Source of the DNA: a virus
Length of the DNA: 64,000 bases
Virus record (IMG/VR): IMGVR_UViG_3300005739_000002
Coordinates: 34,019-98,018 of that record
Reading direction: 5' to 3' (one strand)
The notes under the pieces are model-generated. The model saw nothing but the letters and a program-made list of their open reading frames with translations, was not told the DNA's origin and made no database searches. Position numbers and translations under genes: made by a program. This document shows positions 20,575-30,163 of the stretch, in pieces. The number at the start of each line of letters is the position of its first letter. The stretch's first letter is position 1.

Positions 20575-21237
20575 ATGGCAGTAGACCGTACTGAAGAGTA
20601 CATGCCGACAACCGACGCGTTTGCAACCACCAGTGTTGAAGACCGTCCAGCAACACCATCAAGTAATGCAATTCAATCAGGTTGGGCAGCGGCAGAGTCG
20701 CTTACAACCGCATCAGGTGACTATCCCACAGAGTTTAAGTTTAACGATGGGGAGTTCACTGTAGTTAAGTTCATTGACCAGTCTGGTCCATTCGCAATCT
20801 ACAAGCAGCACTTCCTACAACAGAAGACTGTTGGCAAGAAGTCGTACGTCTCACTTGGACCTAACGACCCATTGTGCACCAAACTTGGAAGCAGGCCTGA
20901 AGACAAGCGAGCATTCACTATCGCAGTGGTTACTCCAACAGCCGTTGTACGTCAGATGTTGATTGCTAGCCCACGTCTTTATAAGACTTTGCACTCAGCA
21001 GAGTTTTCCCCACAGGGTCCTCTGACTAAGAACTTCTGGGCAATTAGCCGTACTGGCAAAATGCAACAGACTGTTTACCATCTACAGGCAATCAAGCCAC
21101 GAGACCTCATGGAAGACTATGGTATTGACCAAGCCTTCGCCGAGGCAGAGGTAGCAAAGATTAAGCCTTACGAGCGCTCTGTAATTAAAGAGCACACATG
21201 GGAAGAGCTAGAAGAAATCGCTAATTCCCTTCTCTAA
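20575..21237 (+). CDS. probable ssDNA-binding protein
   Basis: aromatic-rich OB-like core, acidic ends, strong SD, directly upstream of DNA polymerase. Confidence 0.6.
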   Translation: MAVDRTEEYMPTTDAFATTSVEDRPATPSSNAIQSGWAAAESLTTASGDYPTEFKFNDGEFTVVKFIDQSGPFAIYKQHFLQQKTVGKKSYVSLGPNDPLCTKLGSRPEDKRAFTIAVVTPTAVVRQMLIASPRLYKTLHSAEFSPQGPLTKNFWAISRTGKMQQTVYHLQAIKPRDLMEDYGIDQAFAEAEVAKIKPYERSVIKEHTWEELEEIANSLL

Positions 21238-21248
21238 TCAATAGTGTT

Positions 21249-21282
21249 AGGCTGGGGGTAGAACGTGCTCTACCCCTGGCCT
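21249..21282 (+). terminator. stem-loop after SSB gene
   Basis: AGGCTGGGGGTAGA..TCTACCCCTGGCCT inverted repeat; weak U-tract. Confidence 0.45.
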
Positions 21283-21300
21283 TAACCATTTTAGGATGCG

Positions 21301-23268
21301 ATGAATATAATAACTACACGTGAGCAACTAGATGAGATGGTTGCTTACTATATGAAACAAGATGCGTTTGCTTACGATACTGAGACTGTTGGAGAGCGCA
21401 GGGGTGTACCTGTAGTCAATGAAATTATGTGGATTAGCTTTGCTACACATGGACGCGGTGATGTAATCCCTTTAGGTCATCCAAACGGAGAGTTAACCGA
21501 AGTTATTAAACCTCTTACTGGGCAGGGAGCAAAGCGTGCCGAAAAAGGTTTGAATATAACTGATGAAGATTATTCTAAAAATAAAAAATTACATACATAT
21601 AAGTTTACTGAACCACCTACACAGTTGTACCCAGCAGAAGTATTTGAAGTCTTACGTCCTTTGTTTTTTAATCAGGCTACCAAAGTTGGTCATAATCTAG
21701 TATTTGACTTATGTTCTATTGCTAAATATTTTGGTGGCGAGGTGCCTGCTGGTCCCTATTTTGACACTATGGTTGGCTCGTTTATATATGATAACCGTAA
21801 TAAGAACAAGTGTGGTCTTGATGATTGCCTAAAGCGTGAGCTGGGTTATGATATGGAAAAAGGTGTCGGAGCACAGGTAGAGGTGCATGCCTTTAGTGTT
21901 GTTGCTAAGTACGCCTACTTAGATGCTAAATATACCTTTATGCTTTACAAGGTAGTAAAACAAAAAATACAGGATTCTGGCGTAGCTAACATCATGGACC
22001 TAGAAATGGACGTGCTAAGAGTTCTCTGTGATATGAAACTTGCAGGCGCTCCTATGGACCAAGATGCTCTAGCAAAATTACACGTGCAGTTGGAAGAGGA
22101 CATTGAACGGGTACGTGGCGATATTTATAGCGCTGCTGGAACCGTATTTAATATCAATTCCAACAGAGAGAAGCAACAGTTGCTTTATCTTCCAGCGCCA
22201 GAAGGTCGTGGTCTAAAGCCAAAGTTGTACACAGGAAAAGGAAATAAGAAGGAAGCAGAAGGTTTAGAACTAACTACTGACGACTTCTCTGTATCTGCTG
22301 AGGCTTTAGAACCATACCGAGACTCAGACCCGTTAGTAAAAGGCCTACTAGAGTACGCAGACCTTAATAAATTATTAACTACATACGTAATACCATACCT
22401 AGGAGGCGAAGTTGTCAGAACTACAGCAGGAAAATCAAAGACTGAGTATAGAGATAGTCTCCTCGTCAACGGTAAAGTACACGGTGACTTTATACAGCAT
22501 GGAGCGGAAACAGGTAGATTCTCGAGTCGTAACCCTAACCTACAAAATGTCCCCAACCCAGCCACAGCGCACGGTAAGGCTATCCGAAACCTGTTCTACG
22601 CTCCAGAAGATAGCAAACTTGTCGTAGCTGATTACTCGCAGATTGAGCCACGCATAATTGCTTCTATGTCTATGGACCCTATTATGATGAAAAACTATTT
22701 AGAAGGTGGGGACATATATACAACCGTAGGTGATGTCATGGGTGTCGACCGACAGGCTGGTAAAGTGTTGGTGTTGTCTATGGCTTACGGTGTAGGTCCC
22801 GACAAGATTGCCCGTTCTATCGGTTGTTCAGTAACTGAGGCTAGAGGGTTATTACAAAACTTTAGTGACAAGTTTCAAAACGTTAGTGCATACAGGGCAA
22901 AGGTAGTAGGTGTTGCTCGTAAGGTTGGTTATGTTTCTACTATTTTTGGTCGCAAACGCTACATACCAGAGATAACAAGTCGTAACATAGGTGAGCGTGC
23001 GGGTGCTGAACGTCAGGCATTTAACACCCGTATTCAAGGGTCTGCTGCTGACATTATGAAGCTTGCTATGATTAGGGCACATAAGATGATACCTAAGGGA
23101 GCTAGCCTCCTGCTTACAGTTCACGATGAGTTGGTAACTATCACTCCAAACAGCTTAGTCGAAGAGACTAGGGAGGCAATTAGAGAATCTATGGAAGGTA
23201 TCAAGGTTTTAGATGTACCATTGATTGCTGATGTCAAGGTCGTACAAAGATGGGGTGAGGCTAAGTGA
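21301..23268 (+). CDS. polA: family A DNA polymerase (3'-5' exonuclease + polymerase)
   Basis: DTET, GHNLVFD, TGRFSSRNPNLQN, ADYSQIEPR, K..YG, RIQGSAAD, VHDE. Confidence 0.95.
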   Translation: MNIITTREQLDEMVAYYMKQDAFAYDTETVGERRGVPVVNEIMWISFATHGRGDVIPLGHPNGELTEVIKPLTGQGAKRAEKGLNITDEDYSKNKKLHTYKFTEPPTQLYPAEVFEVLRPLFFNQATKVGHNLVFDLCSIAKYFGGEVPAGPYFDTMVGSFIYDNRNKNKCGLDDCLKRELGYDMEKGVGAQVEVHAFSVVAKYAYLDAKYTFMLYKVVKQKIQDSGVANIMDLEMDVLRVLCDMKLAGAPMDQDALAKLHVQLEEDIERVRGDIYSAAGTVFNINSNREKQQLLYLPAPEGRGLKPKLYTGKGNKKEAEGLELTTDDFSVSAEALEPYRDSDPLVKGLLEYADLNKLLTTYVIPYLGGEVVRTTAGKSKTEYRDSLLVNGKVHGDFIQHGAETGRFSSRNPNLQNVPNPATAHGKAIRNLFYAPEDSKLVVADYSQIEPRIIASMSMDPIMMKNYLEGGDIYTTVGDVMGVDRQAGKVLVLSMAYGVGPDKIARSIGCSVTEARGLLQNFSDKFQNVSAYRAKVVGVARKVGYVSTIFGRKRYIPEITSRNIGERAGAERQAFNTRIQGSAADIMKLAMIRAHKMIPKGASLLLTVHDELVTITPNSLVEETREAIRESMEGIKVLDVPLIADVKVVQRWGEAK

Positions 23269-23765
23269 GTTTCTTAGATAGATTTTTTAGACGCAAGAAA
23301 GAGTCCCCCTTTGACTTTGAGTTAATACAAAAAGATATACCGCTATCCACCCTTACCAGGTGGTACATATATGACACCGAGTTAGCTGAGCCTAATGAGA
23401 TAGCAAGTTTACTTGGACTTAGTAACGTAAGCGAAGAGGGTAATGAAAAGGAACGAGAAGATAGCGATGTTCGTTTAGAAAATATCCAACAGCTTCTTCC
23501 TTATCTTGACATCATTGCTAAGATAGGTGCGGATGTTATAACAAATATTCAAGTAAAAGAGATAACAGATAGGAATCCAGAAGACAAGGAAGAGATAGCA
23601 CGAGAGGTTGGGACCATGAATGTTCTTTATCGTGTTATTGGAATGTCTGCAATAATTGGTGCATTCTCGTCTGCTATGGAGATTGGGCTTATAAAGCCAG
23701 GAGATTTATCTGATACTCATACTTTATGGGATGAGACCTTAGAGGAAGGACACGACGATGAGTAA
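23265..23765 (+). CDS. hypothetical protein
   Basis: coupled ORF in operon. Confidence 0.6.
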   Translation: MSFLDRFFRRKKESPFDFELIQKDIPLSTLTRWYIYDTELAEPNEIASLLGLSNVSEEGNEKEREDSDVRLENIQQLLPYLDIIAKIGADVITNIQVKEITDRNPEDKEEIAREVGTMNVLYRVIGMSAIIGAFSSAMEIGLIKPGDLSDTHTLWDETLEEGHDDE

Positions 23766-24129
23766 CCAAAACTGGTGGGCACAGAAACTAGGTGGACAAC
23801 CTGTAGCACCTATTTATGCACAGCCTGTGCAGCAGCCTCAGCAGCCTCAACCAAACAACCTCATTCCTAATGGGCAAAACAACAACACACCACCTGTAGT
23901 GGCTAGAGTTTCAGAACGTTGTCCAGGTTGTGGTAGCAGTAATTATGGTGGTGCAACACCAGAATCTCGCAAAAGATGTTACGACTGTGGGTATCCAATA
24001 GTACAATCAGGTAGTGGAATGGGCCGCGGTATTGTCTCAGGACAACAAACTGCAGGTGCACCACAGCCAGCCAAACAAGTTCAATCTGGTGGCTGGAACC
24101 CAAATGTAATCATAGGAAAAATTGAATAG
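23758..24129 (+). CDS. zinc-ribbon protein with Q/P-rich linker
   Basis: CPGC..CYDCGYP. Confidence 0.6.
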   Translation: MSNQNWWAQKLGGQPVAPIYAQPVQQPQQPQPNNLIPNGQNNNTPPVVARVSERCPGCGSSNYGGATPESRKRCYDCGYPIVQSGSGMGRGIVSGQQTAGAPQPAKQVQSGGWNPNVIIGKIE

Positions 24130-24131
24130 GA

Positions 24132-25187
24132 ATGAATATGAAAAACGCAGAACTTATTAAAACTATCGCAGGTATTAACAAGAAGTATGGTGACGGAACT
24201 GTTGTATTAGGTTCAGATATTATTGAACAACCGCCAAGATTTACTTCAGGTTCCCTAGCATTAGATGTAGCGCTGGGAGGCGGGTGGCCTGCAAACCAGT
24301 GGCATGAACTTATTGGAGAGGCCAGTAATGGAAAGACTGCTATTGCGCTTAAGACCGTAGCAGCTAATCAAAAGCGTGACCCAGAATTTACAACTGTATG
24401 GGTAGCAGCTGAGCAATGGGTAGATAGTTACGCCCAGATGTGTGGCGTTGACACTTCGCGTGTGTATGTAGTTTCAACTAATATTATGGAGGAAGCATAT
24501 GAAGCCGTTGTCCAACTTACAGAAAGTCGGTCGGTGGATTGTATTGTTATTGATTCGCTACCTGCCTTGGTCCCTACAGCAGAGGACGATAAGGAGATGG
24601 AGGAATCTACTGTAGGCCGTGGTGCCCTCCTAACCAACAAGTTTTTCCGTAAGGTAGGCAAGGCCTCTAAGCGCTCGCTGGTAACCCCAGAGCGCCCATT
24701 TATTGGCATCATTATTAACCAGTGGCGTTCAAAGATTGGCGTTATGTACGGAGACCCACGCACAACCCCAGGAGGTTTGGGCAAGGACTACGCTTTCTTT
24801 ACCCGTTGCGAAGTCCGTCGTGATGAGTGGATTGAGGTAGGCGCTGGACAAGAGAAGCGCCGTGTAGGACAGTCAATTAAAGTTAGAGTATTAAAGAACA
24901 AGTCTGCAGCCCCCTCACAGGTCGCTACCTTTGACTTTTACTTTGCTGATGGTGGCCTAATTCCTGCTGGCGAGGTTGACTTTGCCAAAGAAATTATGGC
25001 TATGGGTATCCTTAATAAGGTAATCAAGCGCACTGGCGCCTACTACAACTATGGGGATAGAAAATGGATGGGCCAAGATGGTATGCTTGGGGCCATACGG
25101 GAAGAGATTGACCTTAAGGAACTCCTTGAGCGCGACGTACTAGACGCCCTACGGGCAGGTTCGAAGTTCGTAGCCGATGAAGAGTAA
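24132..25187 (+). CDS. recA: RecA recombinase
   Basis: SGSLALDVALGGG, GEASNGKT, IVIDS, INQWRSKIGVMYGDPRTTPGG, KNK. Confidence 0.95.
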   Translation: MNMKNAELIKTIAGINKKYGDGTVVLGSDIIEQPPRFTSGSLALDVALGGGWPANQWHELIGEASNGKTAIALKTVAANQKRDPEFTTVWVAAEQWVDSYAQMCGVDTSRVYVVSTNIMEEAYEAVVQLTESRSVDCIVIDSLPALVPTAEDDKEMEESTVGRGALLTNKFFRKVGKASKRSLVTPERPFIGIIINQWRSKIGVMYGDPRTTPGGLGKDYAFFTRCEVRRDEWIEVGAGQEKRRVGQSIKVRVLKNKSAAPSQVATFDFYFADGGLIPAGEVDFAKEIMAMGILNKVIKRTGAYYNYGDRKWMGQDGMLGAIREEIDLKELLERDVLDALRAGSKFVADEE

Positions 25188-25518
25188 AGGCCAAAGGGAA
25201 TCTCAGAAGCACGAGGCTCGACTAGCAAAACGTGTCGGTGGTAAGCGCAATGCTGCCAGCGGTGCATTTTGGAGTCGTAAGGGTGATGTGCGGTCTAAGG
25301 ACTTGTTAATAGAACACAAGTGGACTGGCAAAACTCAAGTAACTGTCAAGGCAGCAGTACTAGAAAAGATTGTCACCGAAGCCATCGTTGATAGTCGGAC
25401 ACCTGTCCTCGGGTTCAGTCTTAACAATAACAATTACATATTGCTAACTGAAGATGATTTTCTGGAAATGCGCCAGAATCTTCAGGAGCATAATTGTACG
25501 ACGACACAGGTCACGTAG
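25177..25518 (+). CDS. Holliday-junction resolvase-like PD-(D/E)xK nuclease
   Basis: E..SGA..KGDV..LIEHK. Confidence 0.7.
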   Translation: MKSKGQRESQKHEARLAKRVGGKRNAASGAFWSRKGDVRSKDLLIEHKWTGKTQVTVKAAVLEKIVTEAIVDSRTPVLGFSLNNNNYILLTEDDFLEMRQNLQEHNCTTTQVT

Positions 25519-25811
25519 AAGGCTGGCGACATAAAGCCAAGTGCCGCGGTATGGATACCGAGCTTTGGTTTCCCCCTCGTGATAAAACTAAATATAGAAA
25601 AGTAGCAACGATATCTAAGGGCGTCTGCTTTGGACGTGATGGTCTGCCAGAGTGCCCTGTACGCAAGCAGTGCTTGCTGTATTCGGACCAGATGGATGAG
25701 CAGCATGGTATCTGGGGCGGCCTTAGCCATCGTGAGCGTAACGCTCTTAAAAGAAAACTAAAAAAAGACGGAACCACTTTAAAGGAATACCTTGATGATG
25801 ATAGGGTGTAG
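25494..25811 (+). CDS. whiB: WhiB-family transcription factor
   Basis: four Cys, WFP, GIWGGLS..ER. Confidence 0.9.
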   Translation: MYDDTGHVEGWRHKAKCRGMDTELWFPPRDKTKYRKVATISKGVCFGRDGLPECPVRKQCLLYSDQMDEQHGIWGGLSHRERNALKRKLKKDGTTLKEYLDDDRV

Positions 25812-25813
25812 GC

Positions 25814-26662
25814 ATGAAAAGAAACATACAGAGCGAGGCGTTGAAAGCACTAGTAGACGTGGGTAGAGTCAAGACACGTGTGTTGGGTCCTCTAGAACGC
25901 CACTTAATAGCTGCACCTAAAGATAAAAGTCGTCGCACAGATGTTTTACATCCTTCCGATATGGTCAAGGCAGACTGGTGTCACAGGGCTTCTTACTACC
26001 ATTTGTTAGGTCGTGAGCCTCTGTCTTCAAAGGTTCATGGACTAAATACCCAGAGCATATTTGCTGAAGGACATGCCATCCATGCTAAGTGGCAAGGGTG
26101 GTTTAAATCTATGGGTACTTTGTACGGCAAATGGTATTGCTATGAGTGTGGTGAGATATTTTGGGGCGGTTCTGATTGTCATGATGGGCCTATTGAGTAT
26201 AAAGAAATTCCTTTGTTCTATGAACCACTACGTATCAATGGTCATGCTGATGGTTTATTACTAAACCTAGGTGACCCATTGATGTTAGAGATTAAATCCA
26301 TTGGCGCTGGGACTATCCGTTGGGAAAACCCAAGTCTATTCATAGAACATAACGGTGACCTAGATAAATGCTTTGCTGCTATCAAAGAACCTTTTGCTAG
26401 TCACGTTAATCAAGTTCAGGTATACATGAAACTTGCAGAACTTATTGGTCTTGAGTATGTTCCGCAAGAGGCTGTAATTATTTATGAGAACAAAGCTTCA
26501 CAGAAGGCAAAAGAGTTTGTAATACCAAAGAGTGATTTTACTGTTGCACCATTGTTTGACGCTGCTGCTAAGATTGTAGAAGCAGTTAACAATAAAATAC
26601 CACCTGCATGTAACGTAGATGGTTGGGGTAAATGCTCAAGATGTGGAGGCTACAATGACTGA
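25814..26662 (+). CDS. Cas4-like PD-(D/E)xK exonuclease
   Basis: N-terminal C, GHAIH, GHADG, LEIKS, QVQVY, C-terminal C..CSRC. Confidence 0.8.
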   Translation: MKRNIQSEALKALVDVGRVKTRVLGPLERHLIAAPKDKSRRTDVLHPSDMVKADWCHRASYYHLLGREPLSSKVHGLNTQSIFAEGHAIHAKWQGWFKSMGTLYGKWYCYECGEIFWGGSDCHDGPIEYKEIPLFYEPLRINGHADGLLLNLGDPLMLEIKSIGAGTIRWENPSLFIEHNGDLDKCFAAIKEPFASHVNQVQVYMKLAELIGLEYVPQEAVIIYENKASQKAKEFVIPKSDFTVAPLFDAAAKIVEAVNNKIPPACNVDGWGKCSRCGGYND

Positions 26663-27149
26663 GCTAGTGGCTACAGGAGTAAGTGAACAGGTATTAAAAC
26701 AGTTGGAAGAGCAAGGTCTTCCTTTTAAACGGTCCTTAAAGTTAGAGTTGCCAGACTTTCCTAGCGATATAACTTTAGTTGATGATGTAGAGCTTATGAG
26801 CATGGCTAGCAAGTACATTGAGAACATGAACTTCCTTCGCACCCAGGCGGCCTGCGCTGAGCTAGCAGAACTAGAGGCTGAGACTTTATACAATGATGCA
26901 GTAAACGCTGGTTTACTATCTAAGACCACAGGTAAAGCATCAGAGAAGGCTACCCTTCTTAGGGCACAGGTAGATGGCGACCCCGCAGTGCGTGAACTGG
27001 CTGACGCATACGCGTATTCTCGGGCCTATCATAAAATGATTAGAACTATCCTAGATAACATTGAACGTTACTACTCACTGACCAGCAGGGAACTAACACG
27101 CCGTACTTCTACCAGCCGAGTCACTGGGTTTAACAGGTATGCCCCTTAA
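26655..27149 (+). CDS. helical hypothetical protein (possibly recombination mediator)
   Basis: coiled-coil, SRELTRR end; lies within recombination operon; SD GGAGG. Confidence 0.55.
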   Translation: MTELVATGVSEQVLKQLEEQGLPFKRSLKLELPDFPSDITLVDDVELMSMASKYIENMNFLRTQAACAELAELEAETLYNDAVNAGLLSKTTGKASEKATLLRAQVDGDPAVRELADAYAYSRAYHKMIRTILDNIERYYSLTSRELTRRTSTSRVTGFNRYAP

Positions 27150-27681
27150 AAAAATTGAAGGAGGTCTAGACCGCGAAAGCAGTAGCTTTTATTTAGGCAT
27201 AGACCAGTCCTATACGGGGTATGCGATATGCGCCTATTATGAAGAGAAGTACTACATAGAAGTATTTAAATCAGACAAGCGCGGCATCAAACGCTTGGTA
27301 GAAATTCAAGATTACTTATATGAGTGGATGGGTTATAAATCTATATTAGATGTAGCCATGGAAGGCTACGCTATGGGCGCCATGGGTAAGGTGTTTCACC
27401 TAGGAGAGCTGGGTGGCATGACTAAATTAACGCTCGCCGTCCATAATTTATATCCATTGATAATCCCACCAACAACATTAAAGAAGTATGTAACAGGTTC
27501 AGGCACAGGGCAGAAGAACCAGATGATTTTGCATACCTATAAGAAGTGGGGTCAGACTTTTACAGATGACAACGCTGCAGATGCTTATGGACTTGCCAGA
27601 CTATGCTCAGGCGATGGTAAACTAGCTTATGAAAAGGCCATATACCAACAGGTACAAGACCCGAAGTACAGGGAGATTTGA
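27139..27681 (+). CDS. RuvC-like resolvase
   Basis: LGIDQS, AMEGY, PTTLKKY.TG, DNAADAY. Confidence 0.85.
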   Translation: MPLKKIEGGLDRESSSFYLGIDQSYTGYAICAYYEEKYYIEVFKSDKRGIKRLVEIQDYLYEWMGYKSILDVAMEGYAMGAMGKVFHLGELGGMTKLTLAVHNLYPLIIPPTTLKKYVTGSGTGQKNQMILHTYKKWGQTFTDDNAADAYGLARLCSGDGKLAYEKAIYQQVQDPKYREI

Positions 27682-27941
27682 TGAGTAAGAGACAAGAAAA
27701 AATAGCGCAACGCCAAGAAGAGCAGGCGGCTTTTATTAAACAGCGCAGATTACAACAGCTAACGCTTTTAGAGATGCAGTTTAAAAGAGGCGTAGAGCTT
27801 TATGAAGAAAACAAAGACAAGCTATCTGAAGAAGAAGTAAAGCTTTTAGAAGAAGAAAAACAAAAGTTTATGGATGCTTTATATAAGTTTAAGGAGGAAA
27901 ACGGCCTTGCCAAAGAAGAAGACGACACAGCAAATAATTGA
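27678..27941 (+). CDS. hypothetical coiled-coil protein
   Basis: coupled ORF. Confidence 0.55.
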   Translation: MMSKRQEKIAQRQEEQAAFIKQRRLQQLTLLEMQFKRGVELYEENKDKLSEEEVKLLEEEKQKFMDALYKFKEENGLAKEEDDTANN

Positions 27942-28200
27942 CGAATGTACCACCGACATTACGGGTCGTTCAATACATGGGGATAAAGAGCTAAGACAAG
28001 ACGGCTGGCTTACTATTGATGAGTTTATTGAACAACTTACCCCTGGTCTAACAAGTTGGCTAAAAGGTAACTGGGGGTTTAAAGGGGAGGATGACCTTCA
28101 CCATCCTGTAGACCTATTCACAAACGCCTCCATTTATATGGACGTGGCATATCATGTAGCCGAGGGTTTTGAGTCCTGCCGCCATGTCAAAGAGCATTAG
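27874..28200 (+). CDS. hypothetical protein (start uncertain)
   Basis: ORF fills operon gap. Confidence 0.5.
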   Translation: MLYISLRRKTALPKKKTTQQIIDECTTDITGRSIHGDKELRQDGWLTIDEFIEQLTPGLTSWLKGNWGFKGEDDLHHPVDLFTNASIYMDVAYHVAEGFESCRHVKEH

Positions 28201-28405
28201 AGCCCTTAAACCCGATTACACGGGGACCATGGAATATGAGGACCAAGTCCTACACGAATGCCCCGTATGTGGCTCAGATATATGGAATATTAAAGCTAGT
28301 TTTGACGACTATGAAATAGCCCAATATTTCTTGGATATGGAGTGCAGCAGCTGCGGGACCTATGCCAAGGCCCCTACCCCTTTAGACAGACCAAATCTAA
28401 TTTAA
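28169..28405 (+). CDS. zinc-ribbon protein (start uncertain)
   Basis: CPVCG..CSSCG. Confidence 0.55.
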   Translation: MSPAAMSKSIRALKPDYTGTMEYEDQVLHECPVCGSDIWNIKASFDDYEIAQYFLDMECSSCGTYAKAPTPLDRPNLI

Positions 28406-28450
28406 TATAGATAATTAATACTCCAACCGCAACACTAATAGGAGTATTAC

Positions 28451-28732
28451 ATGTCAGAAGAACAAAAGGACGACCAGGTCCTACGCGTAAGCGCGGGGTC
28501 TAATCCACAAGCTGTAGCTTCAGCTATTGCTCATAGTATTTATGAGACCCGTGCTTGCAAGATTCGTGCAGTAGGCGCTGGGGCAATCAATCAGGCGGTA
28601 AAGGCAATCGCTATTGCCCGTGGGTATACCGCTCCAAGGGGTATGGACCTTATTTGTATCCCAGGGTTTACCAGTATTGAGAGCCATGACGGCCAGATAT
28701 CTGCAATTGTGTTTGATGTCAGTGCACGTTAA
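28451..28732 (+). CDS. spoVS: SpoVS-family (Alba-like nucleic-acid-binding) protein
   Basis: LRVSAGSNPQAVASAIA..AVGAGAINQAVKAIAIARGY.AP.G.DLICIP.F matches the SpoVS signature. Confidence 0.9.
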   Translation: MSEEQKDDQVLRVSAGSNPQAVASAIAHSIYETRACKIRAVGAGAINQAVKAIAIARGYTAPRGMDLICIPGFTSIESHDGQISAIVFDVSAR

Positions 28733-28790
28733 CCCTGTATTTCCCCAATAAATACCCTACTCTGTTTATACCTTCGGCCAAAGGATTAAT

Positions 28791-29138
28791 ATGACAAAAG
28801 ACTCAACTAAGAACTCGAAGCCACTGGCTCCGACTTCTGCCTCCGCATCTAATGCGACGGGTGCAAAGCCTGCAAAGGTTGCTGCCCCTCTTAAAGGCAA
28901 ACTTGTAAAGAAGACTGGAAATGCTAAGGGCGGAACTGACCCATATCGCCAAGCAAAGCCATCCCGCAGCAATGTCTCTGCAACTGGCGGAGCTCGTTAC
29001 GGCGTTCGCGTTAAGTTCCAGAAGTCAGTCGCACCAGAAGCTAGCGCAACGCAGGCAAATGGGCGTATACTTTCCTCAGCAGTTAATCGTGGTATTCAAG
29101 CACCTCATTTCACTGAGGGTAAAGCTGACCACAATTAA
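28791..29138 (+). CDS. basic low-complexity hypothetical protein
   Basis: K/A-rich ORF followed by terminator. Confidence 0.55.
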   Translation: MTKDSTKNSKPLAPTSASASNATGAKPAKVAAPLKGKLVKKTGNAKGGTDPYRQAKPSRSNVSATGGARYGVRVKFQKSVAPEASATQANGRILSSAVNRGIQAPHFTEGKADHN

Positions 29139-29152
29139 GACAACTAAATAGC

Positions 29153-29186
29153 GCGAAGGCCCCCTGGCACGTACAGGGGGCCTTCG
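29153..29186 (+). terminator. intrinsic terminator-like hairpin
   Basis: CGAAGGCCCCCTG..CAGGGGGCCTTCG. Confidence 0.6.
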
Positions 29187-29282
29187 GCATTTACGGGAAT
29201 AATCTAATTTAGATTACGTTACAATCTAATAGTCCTGCCAAACGGGGGACATTAACCTAATCATGTCTAAGGAGTGATTATT

Positions 29283-29786
29283 ATGGCTTCAGGCTACCCA
29301 ATGAAATGGGAAAAAGAACCTCACCGTGTGTGGGGAGAACAAAAAGAAATCCGCCCAGTTACACCGCAGATAGACCCCTTTACGGCTCTGCATAGAATGC
29401 TAGACCCGTGGACTGTAGGGTTCCAGCGTCACCTAGACTTCTTTAAAGGACTAGAGGACGTTAGAATTACCAGCAGCTATCCACCCTACAACATCAAAAA
29501 CCTACCCGATGATAAAGCCCAGATTGAATTGGCTATTGCGGGATTCACCAAAAAAGATGTTAAGATTTCCTATAAGGAAAATATCATCACGGTAGAAGGT
29601 AACCGTGGGGAAGATGATGGGGATTACGCACACAAGGGCATAGCAGCACGCAACTTCGTACAGAAGTTTGCTATTGCTGATGATGTAGTAGTAAACGGTG
29701 CATCACTTGAAGATGGTTTATTGACTATCGACCTCGAACGTATTATTCCAGAGGCTAAAAAAGAAAAGTCCATCGACATCCACTGA
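29283..29786 (+). CDS. small heat-shock protein Hsp20 (IbpA-like)
   Basis: YPPYNI, IELAIAGF, HKGIAARNF, ASLEDGLLTIDLERIIPE. Confidence 0.95.
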   Translation: MASGYPMKWEKEPHRVWGEQKEIRPVTPQIDPFTALHRMLDPWTVGFQRHLDFFKGLEDVRITSSYPPYNIKNLPDDKAQIELAIAGFTKKDVKISYKENIITVEGNRGEDDGDYAHKGIAARNFVQKFAIADDVVVNGASLEDGLLTIDLERIIPEAKKEKSIDIH

Positions 29787-29804
29787 CGTTCACCTACGTA
29801 CAAT

Positions 29805-29835
29805 AAAAGGCCCGTGAGAATATCGCGGGCCTTTT
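29805..29835. terminator. bidirectional terminator
   Basis: AAAAGGCCCGTGA..TCGCGGGCCTTTT. Confidence 0.75.
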
Positions 29836-29902
29836 GCTATACATTTGCACTTTTTCTGGTAGGCTTATGTGTTGAATCGCCCGCTAGTCAAAGAGAGGTC
29901 GA

Positions 29903-30163
29903 ATGGGTACAAAGACACTAGGCGCTATATTAGACGGTTTTATTGCTGATTCTAAGCAGCCTAAAAGATGTAAAACACAAAAGTGGGTAAACACACTTGC
30001 TAAAGAAGACCAAACAAAACTTAATAATTTAGTAAATATTGACACCAAAGGCGTAGATTTTAAAAATCTATTTAATTCTTTGAATGATGCAGGAATTAAA
30101 CTACCTATGGGACTAACCGCTTTCCGCTCACATTTTAAGGGGTATTGCACATGCCAGAAGTAA
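29903..30163 (+). CDS. hypothetical protein (C..H..C.C, possible Zn-binding HTH)
   Basis: FRSHFKGYCTC end; SD GAGG. Confidence 0.55.
   Translation: MGTKTLGAILDGFIADSKQPKRCKTQKWVNTLAKEDQTKLNNLVNIDTKGVDFKNLFNSLNDAGIKLPMGLTAFRSHFKGYCTCQK

Noticed and set aside
29190-29283. HspR (HAIR) or HrcA (CIRCE) operator before hsp20
   Set aside because: The palindrome present matches neither consensus.
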